A stretch of DNA of 64,000 bases from Coniocarpon cinnabarinum (taxonomy: Eukaryota): assembly GCA_051942205.1 (NCBI GenBank), contig JAVECO010000013.1, positions 62,001 to 126,000 on the forward strand. The letters run 5' to 3'. Position numbers and translations under genes: made by a program. The notes beneath the pieces are model-generated. The model searched no databases. It was not told the origin of the DNA and saw nothing but the letters and a program-made list of their open reading frames with translations. Positions within the stretch are counted from its first letter, which is position 1; the number at the start of each line of letters is the position of its first letter. Shown piece after piece: positions 1 through 12,812 of the stretch.

Positions 1-902
1 ACACGAGGTCGAGCATGCTTGAAACGATGGCAGGAGCACGCCGAGCAAGCATCGACAATGACCTCCGTCTTTGCTGTGGGAATTAATGTGACTTGAGGTG
101 TAGAGGTGCCAGACCCGAACGAAGACAATTGGACAATGCTAAAGCGAGTTGAGCTCTCTTTTGTAATGCTTGAGTCCATTGATGTGTCAGTGGAGACCGC
201 GAGAGCTTCAGCTATTTTCTCTACGACGGCATCTTGGGCGAAATTGTCGCCATGCCAGAGTATGCGAAACGTCGGGCCGACCTCCAATTTGGAAGGGGCC
301 AGTGTCCGTCGCAAGGAAACGTGGCAAGGGCCAAGTTTGATACCGTCCTGAAGAAACGTAGTCGACGAGTCCACGGTACGGCTGACTTCGGTTGGACTGT
401 TGCCTGCTTCGAGCGCCGATGGATCAATGTTGGTTGAAGCTCGTGGCGTTTGCAATACAGTGTTCTCAGTGAGCTCACTATAGCTCATGTCTGTTGGGAC
501 ACCAAATGCAGTCTGAGACTTCGGAGCCGACGCCTGTCCCTCATCGTCTTCAGTGTCATCGGGAGCTGGGGTAATTGCTCGAGATGCTTCTGGTGAGACA
601 TAATCATCACGATGGATATGTACGTTGTCATGTGGCCCTGAGTCTTCGAATGAGAGCAATGACTCAGAGTCATCCTGGTGAGAGTCTTCATCATCCGAGC
701 TGCGAGTGTTGGCGGCACTGATGATTTCATAAGTGCTATCGGTAAGAGACTCGTGTGTGCCAGCATCCGACACTGTATCTGGATCCATGCCGGCTGCTTT
801 GAGAGAGTTGAGAGTAAAGCAATGGGCGTTTCTTGGCCCAAGGGAAAAGTGATCTGGGGAGTGGCACAGCCGCTGTGGTTCGCTCTTGTCAGCCTCGTCC
901 AT
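1..902 (-). CDS. Hypothetical protein with acidic Ser-rich N-terminus; 3' end runs off the window (missed by the ORF track)
   Basis: Manual translation gives a stop-free frame from ATG 902 (alternative ATG 788) to position 1: MDEADKSEPQ...ESLTDSTYEIISAANTRSSDDEDSHQDDSESLLS...FRILWHGDNFAQDAVVEKIAEALA...RFSIVQLSSFGSG...PQVTLIP. Confidence 0.75.
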   Translation of the reverse strand, partial: MDEADKSEPQRLCHSPDHFSLGPRNAHCFTLNSLKAAGMDPDTVSDAGTHESLTDSTYEIISAANTRSSDDEDSHQDDSESLLSFEDSGPHDNVHIHRDDYVSPEASRAITPAPDDTEDDEGQASAPKSQTAFGVPTDMSYSELTENTVLQTPRASTNIDPSALEAGNSPTEVSRTVDSSTTFLQDGIKLGPCHVSLRRTLAPSKLEVGPTFRILWHGDNFAQDAVVEKIAEALAVSTDTSMDSSITKESSTRFSIVQLSSFGSGTSTPQVTLIPTAKTEVIVDACSACSCHRFKHARPR

Positions 903-1544
903 GATTCCACGTTGCAGACTAGCTGCGCAGAAGCCTTCAGGAGTTGTGTGACCTGAACAAGGCGCGGCAAGAAGCACGAACTTACAAAGCAGTGAAGAGG
1001 CGGCAATGGCAAAGTGATACCGGGGGTTGGTTCGCTGCCGCCTAGTTCGACGACCCCTCTTTACGTCAAGGTGATGTAAACGCCTCGACTACGTGAGTAT
1101 CCAGGGTCTGGACCACCAGCGAGAGGGTGGCGACGGGAATCTGTCAGGATGTTGGAGAGCAGTGAAGCAGTTGATAGGAAGGCAGAAGAATAGGGCAGCA
1201 GAGTAGGTTGCTTGCTTTACCAGCAGGTCAACCTAAGGCGCGTTGAGGCAGCCGGAGCTTTGCGGAGAGGGGCAGTCGGGGCGGTGCCTTGCGCCTATCG
1301 ATAGCCCGAAATCCTATCACGTGCACCTCCGAGTCTAACTCCAGCCCCTTCGACACTAGTCAGTCCATACCTACCTAGGTGTTGGTAGCTTGAACATAAG
1401 GTACTCAGGCGAGGCAGGCAGTGTGCGCACTTTGGGCGTCAACGCGTGCCAATGGACGATTCGATTCGCTCACATACGTATTCAATGCAGAGCTTAGCAC
1501 ATATCAGACAACGCCAGCAAATGCACCCAACGCTATGCCAAATC

Positions 1545-3100
1545 TCACGGGGGTGATGTCCAACCTCCCGCAATCTCCACCCATTCAACCATACAGCTGC
1601 CTTCTTTGTATTCAACATCAGGCACATCTGTATCGCAGCGGCAGCGGCAGCCCACGCCGTTCTGCCTGACCTTGTCTGGACTAGCCCAGTATTCGGCTTC
1701 CTCCTCTCTTTCGTCTTCGTCGTGAATTGCTGGATTGTACCAGGGCTCCATGTCTATTTGCTTTTCGGGCGCATTGCCAGGACAGTGCTGTATAGTGGTA
1801 TGCCGATACCCAATGTCACGAAAATAGTGAATGTCAGATGGCGACAATAGAGCTCCAGCTGCCAGCGAGTGTATTGGCGCATCTCCCCATCGTTCCATCC
1901 AAAAGCCTCCACTTCTATCCATGACATTAAAGAAGTCCTGATATTCCTGACTTCGGAACCAGTCCAGTCGAGCGATCTCGAAATTACTCCAGAAGTGGCA
2001 CATGTTGTAAACATCGCCCTCCATGGACTCGTCATCAATCTCAGGCAGTGTTCCAGGTGGATCAGGCGTTTTCTTGGGCACCGTCTTCTTGTATCGCGGA
2101 TCGTTCTCCGGCCAGAAGTCCTCATCTTCTTGTGGCCTGATCGTGAACATCTCCCAGAGTCCGCGAGACTTCACTCGATGTTTACGCCTGTACGCAGCCG
2201 CATATCTAAAGATGTTGGGGACGGTCTCCTTCAATTCTTTGACGGCAATTGTGAACCCATAAGTCTTCTTGTTCTTGATCATTTCCACAAATGGATCATA
2301 TGTGATGTCACAGAAGTATTTGATCTCCGGCTCGATCCTCCAATACCATTCGTACTTCTGCAGCAGCTCGTGCTGATAGAAGAACCCTGAGTAGAATCGA
2401 CACATGTGGTGGTAGCTCTCCATACCGCCGTACATGATCGCCTTGTCACCCTGCTGTTTGATGCCTTCTCTAACAACGTCTGGATCGGTCCAATTTGGGA
2501 ATCCCCACATGCCAGGATCGATTTGTCCGAACTCAACAGGGCCGCTTGTGTAGTTTGACACAGTCTCTTTGAAGGTGCTATTGAACTCTGCATCGTTGAG
2601 AAAGACATAGGGATAGTTGTACCATCGATTGAAGTGTCGTTCCATTGACTTTATCGACTCAATGACGCCGTCCAGTTCCTTATTTCGAGCAAGCACAACG
2701 AACGTCGCATTCGCCCTAGGTTGACGAGTATCCGGCACTTGGCATCCGTCAAGGAATACTTTGTCATATTTCTCGCTGATTGTCCTAAGCATTGCGTTAG
2801 CACAGGCACTCAGCCCTCAACTCAAGAAACTGACCTGATCCGAGGGGGCACTCCTCCAGGTTGGAACGGCTTTCCTGGTCCGTTCTCATGCTGTCTAAAG
2901 AGGAAAACAATCAAGCCAGAAACCAGCAAAACAAATGTAATGACAGCGCCAATCAAGATGGTATTCGAAGAACCACTTCCGGGTGACAGCCATACTCCCC
3001 AGGTCCTGGGCTGCTTCTTCTTATACTGTGCGTCGTAACCGTAGCCATTCGCACTTGGGAAAGAGGCTGCATTTGACACGCGCCTCTTGACAGGGCCCAT
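1545..3100 (-). CDS. Alpha-1,2-mannosyltransferase, GT15 (KRE2/KTR family), 2 exons
   Basis: N-terminal TM anchor (ILIGAVITFVLLVSGLIVFLF); intron 2785-2834 (GTCAGT..GCTAAC..TTAG); GT15 motifs NATFVVLARN, YPYVFLND, SYHHMCRFYSGFF, YNMCHFWSNFEIARL, ERWGDAPIHS. Confidence 0.95.
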
Positions 3101-4426
3101 TGATCAATGTTAGACATGAATTCGTCGTCTAGCTCTTAGTTTTCATTTCAGTGACGATGTTCCCAACTTCTTCGCGTGACGGAACGTGCTAAATCTGTGG
3201 CGTCCAGGCAGGACCCCGCCGAAGGATCGTTAGTTAATCGTTATTGAAACGAGCGACTCGAGAATAATGAGCGACGATACAAGCTCACGGCTTTCGCGGC
3301 GCTGTCAGTGTACAAGCGCTTGCTCTTGGGTTTCCATGCAAATAAGAACCCATGTCGTCATTCAAACCCTGCCGGCTCCTGGTCGTGTCAGTCACATGTC
3401 AGTCGGCACGTGACCGTCCTTCAGAGTGATCATCGAAGGGGTATTTCCAGAGCTCCAAACGTGCATCCATACGTGCATCCATTCTCGCCATCACGTCCAA
3501 TGCAATCGTTCTATCCGTTCTGCTTCAGCAACGTTTTGTTGCATACATACCGGTGGAAGAACGCGGGTTGATCGGATGTCTACTTGCAGTAAGGGATGTG
3601 CTCAGTCCTACCTTAAACGACACTCATTCGAACGCAACAGCACTCGCCGTGCTTCTCTAATTCTTATTGGATTTCAACATTCGTATGAGTTGGTCGAATT
3701 GCCACGCATGAAGTCATTGCACATCTCCACGCAACCGTGTCATTTGGAATATCAGCATGTATGCGTCCCTTTGCTTGGCCCAGCTGTCAGGTCTATCGCT
3801 TGATGCTGGCCTCGTATACCCTATGAGGGCTTCGAGCTCAAATTATAGCTACTGCAACGGCCAAATTCAGCACGTAATTGGCGATCGCATTGCCCGCTTT
3901 TGAAACTGTCATGGCAATCACATTGCTGTCATAATTCATTGCTAGCCGCCTTGACGATCTCACACATGGCATTGTACAATCCCCGTCTTTTCTGGGGTTT
4001 AAGATTTGCATCCCAGCTCTGCGCGCTCACAACTTAGTAAAAGAAAAATACCACAAGCTGCCACACTTCCGCACATGCTGCGAATGGACGGCAAATCCTC
4101 CAGTACACTCACGACTCCCGTTCGTAAATCTTTGCGGTATTTGTGTCGCTTTGCGGCTCTGTCAAGTCATTTGAGTCTGGTTTCAGCCTTGCAAAACCGA
4201 CACAATGCAGTCTATCCAGGTCCGCATGCGCCACGCTGCCAGTCATTGCAACGTCCTTTCAGCTGCCGCATGGCTATCATCGAATATTGCACGCTCTTTG
4301 GTAGAACTATTATCTTTTCGAGAGAATTCAAGCACGGCTCACTTCTCCGTAGGAACATACAAATACTTCACGGCCTCTGTGCTCGAGACTTGACCAAGCA
4401 TTCTGGAAACGCTTATTTCCTTTGAA

Positions 4427-5937
4427 ATGGCTCTTGGAAACGATGCACAACTGCTCGAGCACCTGCCGACAAATTCATTGGATCAAATTCCTGCAGCTGT
4501 CCCTCCACCCGGGAAGTCTTCGAATCTTATTGACCCTCAGGATCAAGGTCCCGCAATTGCCGCCGGTGCCAGCGTAATTGTCGGCGTTGCCTGTGTCATG
4601 CTCGTCATACGCCTTTACGTCAAGACCCGCCTTATACGGAAGTTTGACTGGGACGATCGTACGTCTCATTCTGAGCCTATGCTGAGCTTGACTATCCCAT
4701 CTTAGCTAACTAAGAGCCCAGTCACTTTGGCGCTTGGTGTTGTAAGCGTTCATTACCATGACACAAGCCTTACCGCCCAAGCTCATCGTCTGTCGTAGAT
4801 GTTTGGCACATTAGCCTTTACGGGGGTGGTTATATGTCAGTCGTGTTTCGCTTTCTAAACCTAGACCTTGCTCATAGCTCTTCGCACTTGTGTTGTGTAC
4901 CGGGAAGCTTTCATTGACATACACTCCAGCCAACGTCCGTGGACCTTTTGGCAAACACCAATGGAATGTCAGCATTGCGGCGATGTTAGACAGGGTCCGC
5001 TCAACTATAGTATGTGAGCGTTCATTTGGTTGACAGTAACGGCTCACTGAAAGATTAGCCCACTTGGCTTGTAATTACGAGTGCACAGCCAGCTTTGGGA
5101 TTTGTCAAATTGACGATCTTTCTGTTTCAATATTCGATATTCTGGCCTCTGGGATGGTTTCGGTATTGCTTTTATCTTGGCGCGACCGTATCAAGTCTCT
5201 TCTACATGGGAACGGGTATTGCACAAACCATTTTGATGACACCTTCAATACATCAAACTTGGATTGAACACTCTCAGGGCTTCAGACAACAAACTGCCAA
5301 CACACTCAACTTACCAATCGGTAGTGTAGGTCTGGGCATCGACCTCTACCTCTTCATTTTACCGCTTGTAGCCATATCCCAACGGCAGATGCGAAAGGAT
5401 CAAAAGCTCAAGCTGACGTTCATGTTTTCTCTCGGCGCCATGTAAGTCTCTATTGCAACGATAGCTTTGTCTGGCTGCCTCTGCATTGCGCTGCTGCAGC
5501 GACTTGAGCTTTCGGAGTCCTGACCCATCCGTCCAGTGGGTGTGTTGTTTCGGCTTTCAGCACCTACTATAGGTCAAAGAATGTTGAGGAAGATGTGGAT
5601 TTCGCTCGTAATACTTGTTATGGCGAGCTCGCATGGTACGTCTATTTGAACACCAGTCCTGTCTTCGAGTTGATCGAGCAACTAACGTATATGGCACACT
5701 AACAGTGTCGCGGAGATATTCGTAGGCATTATCATAGCGTGCCTTCCAAACCTATCCAAGCTACTGAGAAACGTTCATCCAGCAAGATCGTTGGTATCGC
5801 TTCGCTCTCGACTCGTGGGTAGCTACAGTCATGTACACGTTGCGATTCTGAATCGCGGTACTGCTCGACAACCCTCCATTGACACTGAATCAGAGTTCCA
5901 CGAGCATGCACAAGGGAGTCCAGAAGAGACTGTTTAA
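4427..5937 (+). CDS. PTH11-like (fungal rhodopsin-domain) multi-TM membrane protein without CFEM domain, multi-exon
   Basis: Motifs PAAVPPPGKSSNL, RLYVK..FDWDD, FGKHQWNV, FVKLTIFLFQYSIF, IDLYLFILPL, EIFVGIIIACLP. Exons include 4427-4658, 4722-4741 and 4799-4835; TAA at 5935-5937. Some internal splice sites are approximate. Confidence 0.85.
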
Positions 5938-6298
5938 TCAAAACCGGACGTTGAATGCGTGCAAGTACATGCTACGCGTTGCAGCTTGGCTAAGTCTGTC
6001 GAGATAGGCCGCAATTGGGATTCCTCCGTGGGCTCTCTGTTTGTATAATGGGGCTTGTTTCTCATCAACAGCCTTGCATGCATAGATATACTCATGACTT
6101 GGCGTCTGGGTTTTGTGTCGAGCCGGTCATACTCGGGACCTGCTCTAGTTGTGTTCAAGATCTGCGCAGACTGTGATTAGAAGAGCTACTGGCATCGACT
6201 GTGACCGACCGCTATACTTTCAGCCTGATCATGAGAACTGCTCAATAAGGGTAGCAGAGACAAGTGGAACACATTCGATAGCGAATCTCAGTGTAGTT

Positions 6299-8520
6299 TC
6301 ACTCGATTGTCACAACTTCCTTGCACGGAAGTCTGTCACACAAGTGCACGAAGGGATCCGGCGTTCTCGATGCATAAATTCTTGTGGCCTTAAAGAATGC
6401 AACCCGCTTGAAAACGCCATTGGACGACGGCTCGAGGACAATGCCAGAATGTTCCTGGAACATCTCGACCAGGAAGAGACATTTCACCTCGTGTTTCGAC
6501 AGGTAAGAATTGAGCATAAAGTCAGGACTGACATCTGCAAGCTCCTGGCCTGAGGAAAAGTCGTACAAATTATCCCACTCTGACATTGGTTCTGATTGAT
6601 TCCAGATGGCTTGCATTGTTGGCGCTCGAAGTGTAAGATGGCCTGAAGTGATATTTCCGTATGGCCCTTCATATACAGTTAGCAGCGGACTCCGAATTGG
6701 CTCCAAGCTGGGTCTGTTGAACGGAACAATTACTCAAGCACAGAGCATGTGCTAGTGCTCGCACTTGATTCAAACGCTGACCAATATACCTTCTCCATTC
6801 TCGTTTTTTATTCGACGTCAATCACCTCAGATAATGTATGATCTCGGGAATAGTCAACCCAGCCCGAGTCTGGAATGTCCATCCCGCAGTGGTATTTCAG
6901 GCATGACCAGGATGGAGCAACATATTCCTCAGGCTCGGATTTCCTCAGGGGTGAATCCCAGAACCATGCAAGAGAACTCAAGTCAGGCCTCCACAAACCT
7001 GCGCAATACTCACTAATAATTGACCAATATCGGTTAGAGAAGTCCTCAGCAATGCTAGCGATGGCGCTGACCGAGTCATTCGGGTTAGTAAGCTTTCGTT
7101 CTTGGTAGTTTTCCATGATTGCATGCCATCGTTCTAATACCAGGTGAAGCGCCTGATCCTCAGATTCATGATATGCAATGAGCGAACCGTGGTCCAGTGA
7201 GGGTCTAGCTTTTGGCCATCTGGTTCGCTCAGTTCTGCAAAGCCAATTTATCGTACTTTGACTGAAAATCAGCATCCTGTTCGACAGATAACGTTCTTCA
7301 AGACACCAAGCCCGCGTGTTCGCTCTATGACTCCAGTACTCAGGCTCACAGCCAACCTCAATGCGGACAACTTTAGGCTCGGACTCGTTCTCTGGTGACT
7401 GAAGAATCACAAAGTCATCAAACTTGTCTTGACTTGGATCCAAGAAACCATTCCACACGTCTATCGTAGCAGCTGGGACAATGGTCACCGAGCTTTTGTT
7501 GAAGATATTACGCATGTTGCGCATCTCAGTCCGCCGATCATCATCATCGTTCTGTATGATACAGATCGCGTCCACCCAGATATAGTTAATACCCAGAGCA
7601 CATGTTAGCACCACTGCATCGTACACAGTTCTGGGTAGAGTCTTCGCAGCTATAAAGGCAAGGTGTTCCAACAAATTCTCTTTGGTAGTCTGGAAATTCT
7701 GTTCTCCCCCCAGCAATAAGACAAGGTTTCATACTGTGGGGACTCTTGCCCGAATTGGTCGCGAAGCCGTACAACGCCGCCGTCTCCACTCATCAAAGAC
7801 ACATCTATCAAGCGTTTTGGATGAAAATGCTGACATCGCCTGCGACAGGATTCGTGATGTATCTCGCATTCGTCGAGCCGACTTCTACACCGTGCCTGAA
7901 TTTATGTTGTAAGTTAAACTGCCAACAAGTACGTGGCCTTTGGCTGTAAATTGAAGCCCGCACATTGACATGCCACGCACAATTTGAAACGTCTAGTACT
8001 ACTTTGGGTGTTGAATTGGCCAGAATGCTTGGAGTCTGATGGTAGATTCGCGTACTGTAGTACTATTTCTCGGGTACTGTATAAGCAGAGGCGCATTTCA
8101 ACTTACGAACTTCTGTTCACGACTCAGTGGCCTTAGCTTCCTGCCACAGTATATGCGCCGGGTAGGACGGCTTGAAAATAGTGAACTAAGGCAGTGCCAA
8201 CTCTCTTGCTTCGAAACGGAGGCCACTGGATCGCGCCGAACGGCTGTTCCCGATCCAACCAGCAAATGACAAAAGTGGAGGTCATGATCCGGGGAGTCTT
8301 CCAGGCAATATAGTCTAAATTGCACTTTTGTCTCAGCCTGGTCCTTCCAATCTTGCTTCATGTCTTTGAGGATCATCTGGCACCAAAGGCATCAGTTCTC
8401 CGCGGACGCTCTTATTTGAAGAAACGTAGTCCGATAGTCGCTCCAGATCGATGATCGAACCCACAATTCAACGCTATCCTTGCAGCTTTTGGGGCGACGG
8501 GCAGATACAGGTGCCACATT
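6299..8520 (-). pseudogene. HET-domain (heterokaryon incompatibility) gene, disrupted
   Basis: HET motifs PKRLIDV, YETLSYCWG, LPRTVYDAV, YIWVDAICIIQND, RAWCLEER, YVAPSWS, PYGNITSGHLTL. Broken by TGA at 8392-8394, a frameshift at the C6 run 7706-7711 and TAA at 6808-6810. 5' limit approximate. Confidence 0.8.
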
Positions 8521-9378
8521 TTTGTCCCTGCAAGAAGGGTAGAGTCGTGATTTGTTCTCATCATCCATGTCGTTGAAGGCATTTGCATCAAGCCAACAGT
8601 GGTTCTGAAATATCGCTGGCCTGGCAAACTCGTGAAGATTGTTACAGAGCAAGAAGAAAACAAGCTTGAAAATGCCTACCGATTGTCGTTGAATAGATTG
8701 TAAGGGATCAAAAGGCGCCATGTTACAGCCAATATGGCCTCGACCCAGACTCAACTATACGCCAGGTGGCGCGCTCGTAGGCGTCCAGGCAATCGACTGT
8801 AGCTACGCTCCGTGGCTCCAATAGAGCTCCGAATCATTTTCATGCGTGTGATTCGCAGTGCTGCGTGCTGTGTGGCTGTGCAGTAGTTCTTCTTCATGTT
8901 TTCTCGCCATCATATCATTGCCTACTAAAGCCCCATGGTTGTATAAGGTAATCTTGGAGAGCCTATACATCAGAGTTATACTTCGAACGGTTTCAAACAT
9001 CAAGAATTGAACGCTCTGATGCTCTTTGGATCATATAGGACTGTAGTCCCTCGTCCACCCCTTCTCACGACCCTCGGAAATGACGTCAGCCAAGAGACCG
9101 CCACAATAACTCCTGCAACTCTGAACCCTATACTAGGTTCCGGGGAATAACTAAACAATCTTGCCCTTAACTTTTGACTCTGGCTGCGGAAGAGATGAAG
9201 CTCGCCTCTCAATTAAAACGACAACCATCTTCAAGAAGCTGAAGCGTAGCGTAATCTCTAGCGCTAGCTTCTTTACTGCCATGAAGCCTATACACGCAAT
9301 TCTTCAGAGGACATCCAACAAGCCAGTATTATGGATACGAGAGACCACAGCGCAAGGCTCGATAGCTAGCTAGCAATC

Positions 9379-10235
9379 ATGAAGTCTTCACGCCTCTCAA
9401 GAGAGAATTTCACAGCTTCTGTCGATCCCAAACGCGGTGACCTCCTCTTGCTGGCTTGTTGCTTCGTTACCGGTCTTCTCGACTGTGGCGTCTTCAACAA
9501 CTATGGCGTCTTTGTAGGCATGCAAACCGGTATACACCCCCTCACAGCTACGAGTCATATCATATTTACGATATCACGGTATGCTGACAAGCGGTCACAG
9601 GTAACACCGTCATCCTCTGCCTCTCCACCGCCAGCCTTCCCCAAGCACAACCCTACGCCTACGCCACAACCCTCGTTTCCCTCCTTTCTTTCATGGCGGG
9701 CGCACTCACGACCTCTTTGCTCTCCAATTTCTTCGGACCCCTCCGCCGCCATGTTTTGACACTCAACTTCACCTTCCAGTGCATCTGCATCATTCTCGCC
9801 GCATCCATCACCTCCGCGCACCTCATCCCCACAGATTCCCACGGCACCAATCCCGATATCTTACGCGATCCTAAGATCATCGCCGCACTACCTGCGCTGG
9901 CCTTTCAATCTGGCGCTACAATCGTGACGAGTCGGATCTTGGGGTATGGAACTATGATTCCGGTGAATGTGCTGACGAGCACATATGCGGCATTGGCAAC
10001 GGATAGTGCGCTTTTGAACTTGGAGAATGCGCAGAGGAATCGGAGAGTCGGTGCTTGTGTTTGCGTTGTTTCGGGGGCTCTCATTGCGGCTTGGATTCAG
10101 AAACGGGGACCGGGGATCGAGTTGGTGTTGTGGCTTGCTGCCGGGATCAAGGGGGTGCTTGGGATTGCCGTGCTGTTGGGCATGGAGACGCAGCACGTAA
10201 GAGAGTCGAGGGATGAAAAGGCAGAAAATACGTGA
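9379..10235 (+). CDS. DUF1275/YoaK-family membrane protein, 2 exons
   Basis: Intron 9530-9600 joins FVGMQT-GNTVIL (family motif); several TM segments; LAFQSG and NRRVGA motifs. Confidence 0.88.
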
Positions 10236-11593
10236 AAGACGAACATACTTGAAGCGTGGTTGATTCGCAGTTGGTGAGATCAATGGGAGCTCGAGATATG
10301 AGCGTGTGGCCATTTCGATTGCTCAGTCGAGTGCATCAGCCCATGCAGCAAGCGCCTAGCCAGCCTCGATTCCCACCAACAATGAGAAGCGCTAAACGCT
10401 TGTACAATTCACAGCGATTCTCACGCCTCGCATAGGCCTCACTCCGAGCAGCCCCTGATGATGACTGAGCAGCAAAGAAGCAAGCAAAATATTGGACACG
10501 ACATCCCATGGAGACGTAAGCGAGAAGGCCAAAGCTAGGTGGCTATGTTCGCCAGCTCAACAGTAGCTCAAGTGCTCCTTCGAATGAAGCAGAATGGCGA
10601 AGTCGAAGAAAAGATGGCACAGTGCCTCACACTCCTCCGCAACTCCCACTTCGAGACGCGCGTCCATCCTCTCGAGCTCTCGACCGCATTTTCCATTTCC
10701 CGCGGTGCATCGGTTAGCTCCACAACGTCGTGCAGGGCATCCAAATCGCCTTTGAAGAACGGCATTGCGTGCCTGAGTGACCTAGCCAATCACTCGAATG
10801 GACGAATACCGCTACCGAGTTTACGAGTGGGCTTTTGCATCAGCGCTGAGTACTCAAGGAACCGGCACAATGATGCCGTCAGGCGCCATGGCAATGGCAA
10901 TGGCACGTGTCTCGTAGATAGGTTAAGTTTGAGGCGTGTCTCTAAACTAGTGTCAGATGGACCAGAAATAGACGAGGCATGTCTCAGATGAAAAGATCTC
11001 ATCTGAATCAGACTTGCCTGAACCAAGCACACGTGAACCGGGCTAAGCTGAAACATGTCTCACAACGGTCTCAGATGTTGATGTTGCAGTTCGCGTGAGT
11101 AGTGCCACTGTGAAGTTACATCGAGCAGTTGGTGGCGAGTTGTATCATTGCAACCACGGCTAGCTACAGGAGTCAAGACGCAAATGAAGTGGGATCTCAA
11201 CATTCCATCAAACACATGGACAGCAGACGTAATACCCCGATACCAAATCAGTGAAGCAAAGCACCGCGAGAGACGAGGTGTCGCAATGTGTAGAAGAAGA
11301 GAAATCAAACGGACCAGCGTCGATTTCATACTACGGCACAGGGTATTAAAGCTATACTCATTGACAACATGCATCTCGTGATTTTCCACTTTTTTTTTTG
11401 CTCGTTTCCCAAATCCATGCATCGTCATCCAACTCGACCAGCGAGTGTCGACGATGCTCGAGCCGAGACTCCTTGCTAAACCAGTGAACCGCGCGTTGCA
11501 TCCACATCGCACTACTCCCTCCCACAATCTACTCACCATCTTCATGGCCTTTCCCTCTCTCTGCCAAATCCATTCCCTCGCAGAACGATGGGA

Positions 11594-12812
11594 TCAAAAT
11601 CCATCAATGTCGAATCGACTTCCCAAGATGTCGCGAGACCTCAAACACATCTCCAAATTCGTGACCACATTACAAGTCGGCGCGACTTCATCACGCAACG
11701 GCATGACCTGTGCGAATTGCTCGCCGTCGCGGTAGGCGAGGATGGCGGGACAGGCTGCCGAATCGATGGAGGCATCGATGGCGGTCAGGGCGATGAAGGA
11801 ATGAGAAGGGTATTTGGTTGAGATTGTGTGCAGGCTTTGGGAGTAGAGTGCTGAGAGGGGATTCTGTTTGCAATGAGTTAGATAGGCTTCTTCTGAATTC
11901 AGTGGGGAGGTACCCGTGGCGTGATGCATGTGTAATGGTGGTGTTATGTGGTGATGATGAATTGATGGCTTGAGTTAGGAAGGAATGAGGAGAACATACC
12001 TCGTCGTCAGTGATCAAGACAACAACGACACACCCGCGTCCGGCTTTATCAACGCCCTCAAGAAACCCCTCAGCATCGACGAGTTTGACTTCGCCGTCTC
12101 TTCTCTGCCCAACTGAGCTCTTCCGCCCAGTCGCCTTCTCCTTCTCCGCACGCATCTCCTGCATGCGTCTCTCCCTCCATGCTTTAACAGCCGGCTCATC
12201 GCCCTCGCTGGCACCCTCAGATCCACTCCCAGAACGACTGCCCATCTGTCTCCGGCGAGGACTCGTACTGCCTCCAAACTGCTGCGCGCGAGGCAACTTG
12301 AGATCCTTAGTCCGCGCATAGTCGCTACTCCGCTTACCGCTCTTCTCACGCTCAAACGCCGCCGCATCCGCAATCACGCCTTTGGGACCGGTCATGGCGC
12401 CCCGGTCCCATTCAGCAGGGAGGTAATACTTGCTGGGACCCTTCTTGGTGCCGGAGTAGTCGCCATCGCTGTCGCTGGAGTCATGCGGGACGTCCTCTGG
12501 GGTCTCTGGCTCTTCGGCTTCGTCGTCGCTAGAGTCCGAGTCGCGGTAGAAGGAGCCAGAAGAGGTGGGACGAGGAGCGTCGAGGGCGGAAGCGAGGGAA
12601 TGTCTCGGTGCGTGGAGGCGCGTGCTGCGGGGTGTGAGGGTTGAGGAGTTGGTGTGGATGGAGCCGGGTGAGAGGGTGGAGGCTGCGAGGGTTGCTGATG
12701 ATGAGGACGAACGGCGTGAGTGTCCGGCGTCAGCCGGATGTGCGCGGACGCGTGGGGCTTGCGATGCCATGAGGGCGTTGTATTCGTCCTGAGCTGGAGA
12801 CGTGGTGGCCAT
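11594..12812 (-). CDS. phnA: Phosducin-like protein (PhLP1/BDM-1/PhnA type; G-beta-gamma chaperone), 2 exons
   Basis: TGPKGVIADA motif, WRERRMQEM helix and a thioredoxin-like C-terminus (VDAEGFLEGVD..VVVLI..PAILAYRDGE); intron 11864-11999 (GTATGT..CTAAC..CAG). Confidence 0.9.

Noticed and set aside
485..1012. 175-aa minus-strand ORF from the track
   Set aside because: It is an alternative frame of the longer open frame 902-1.
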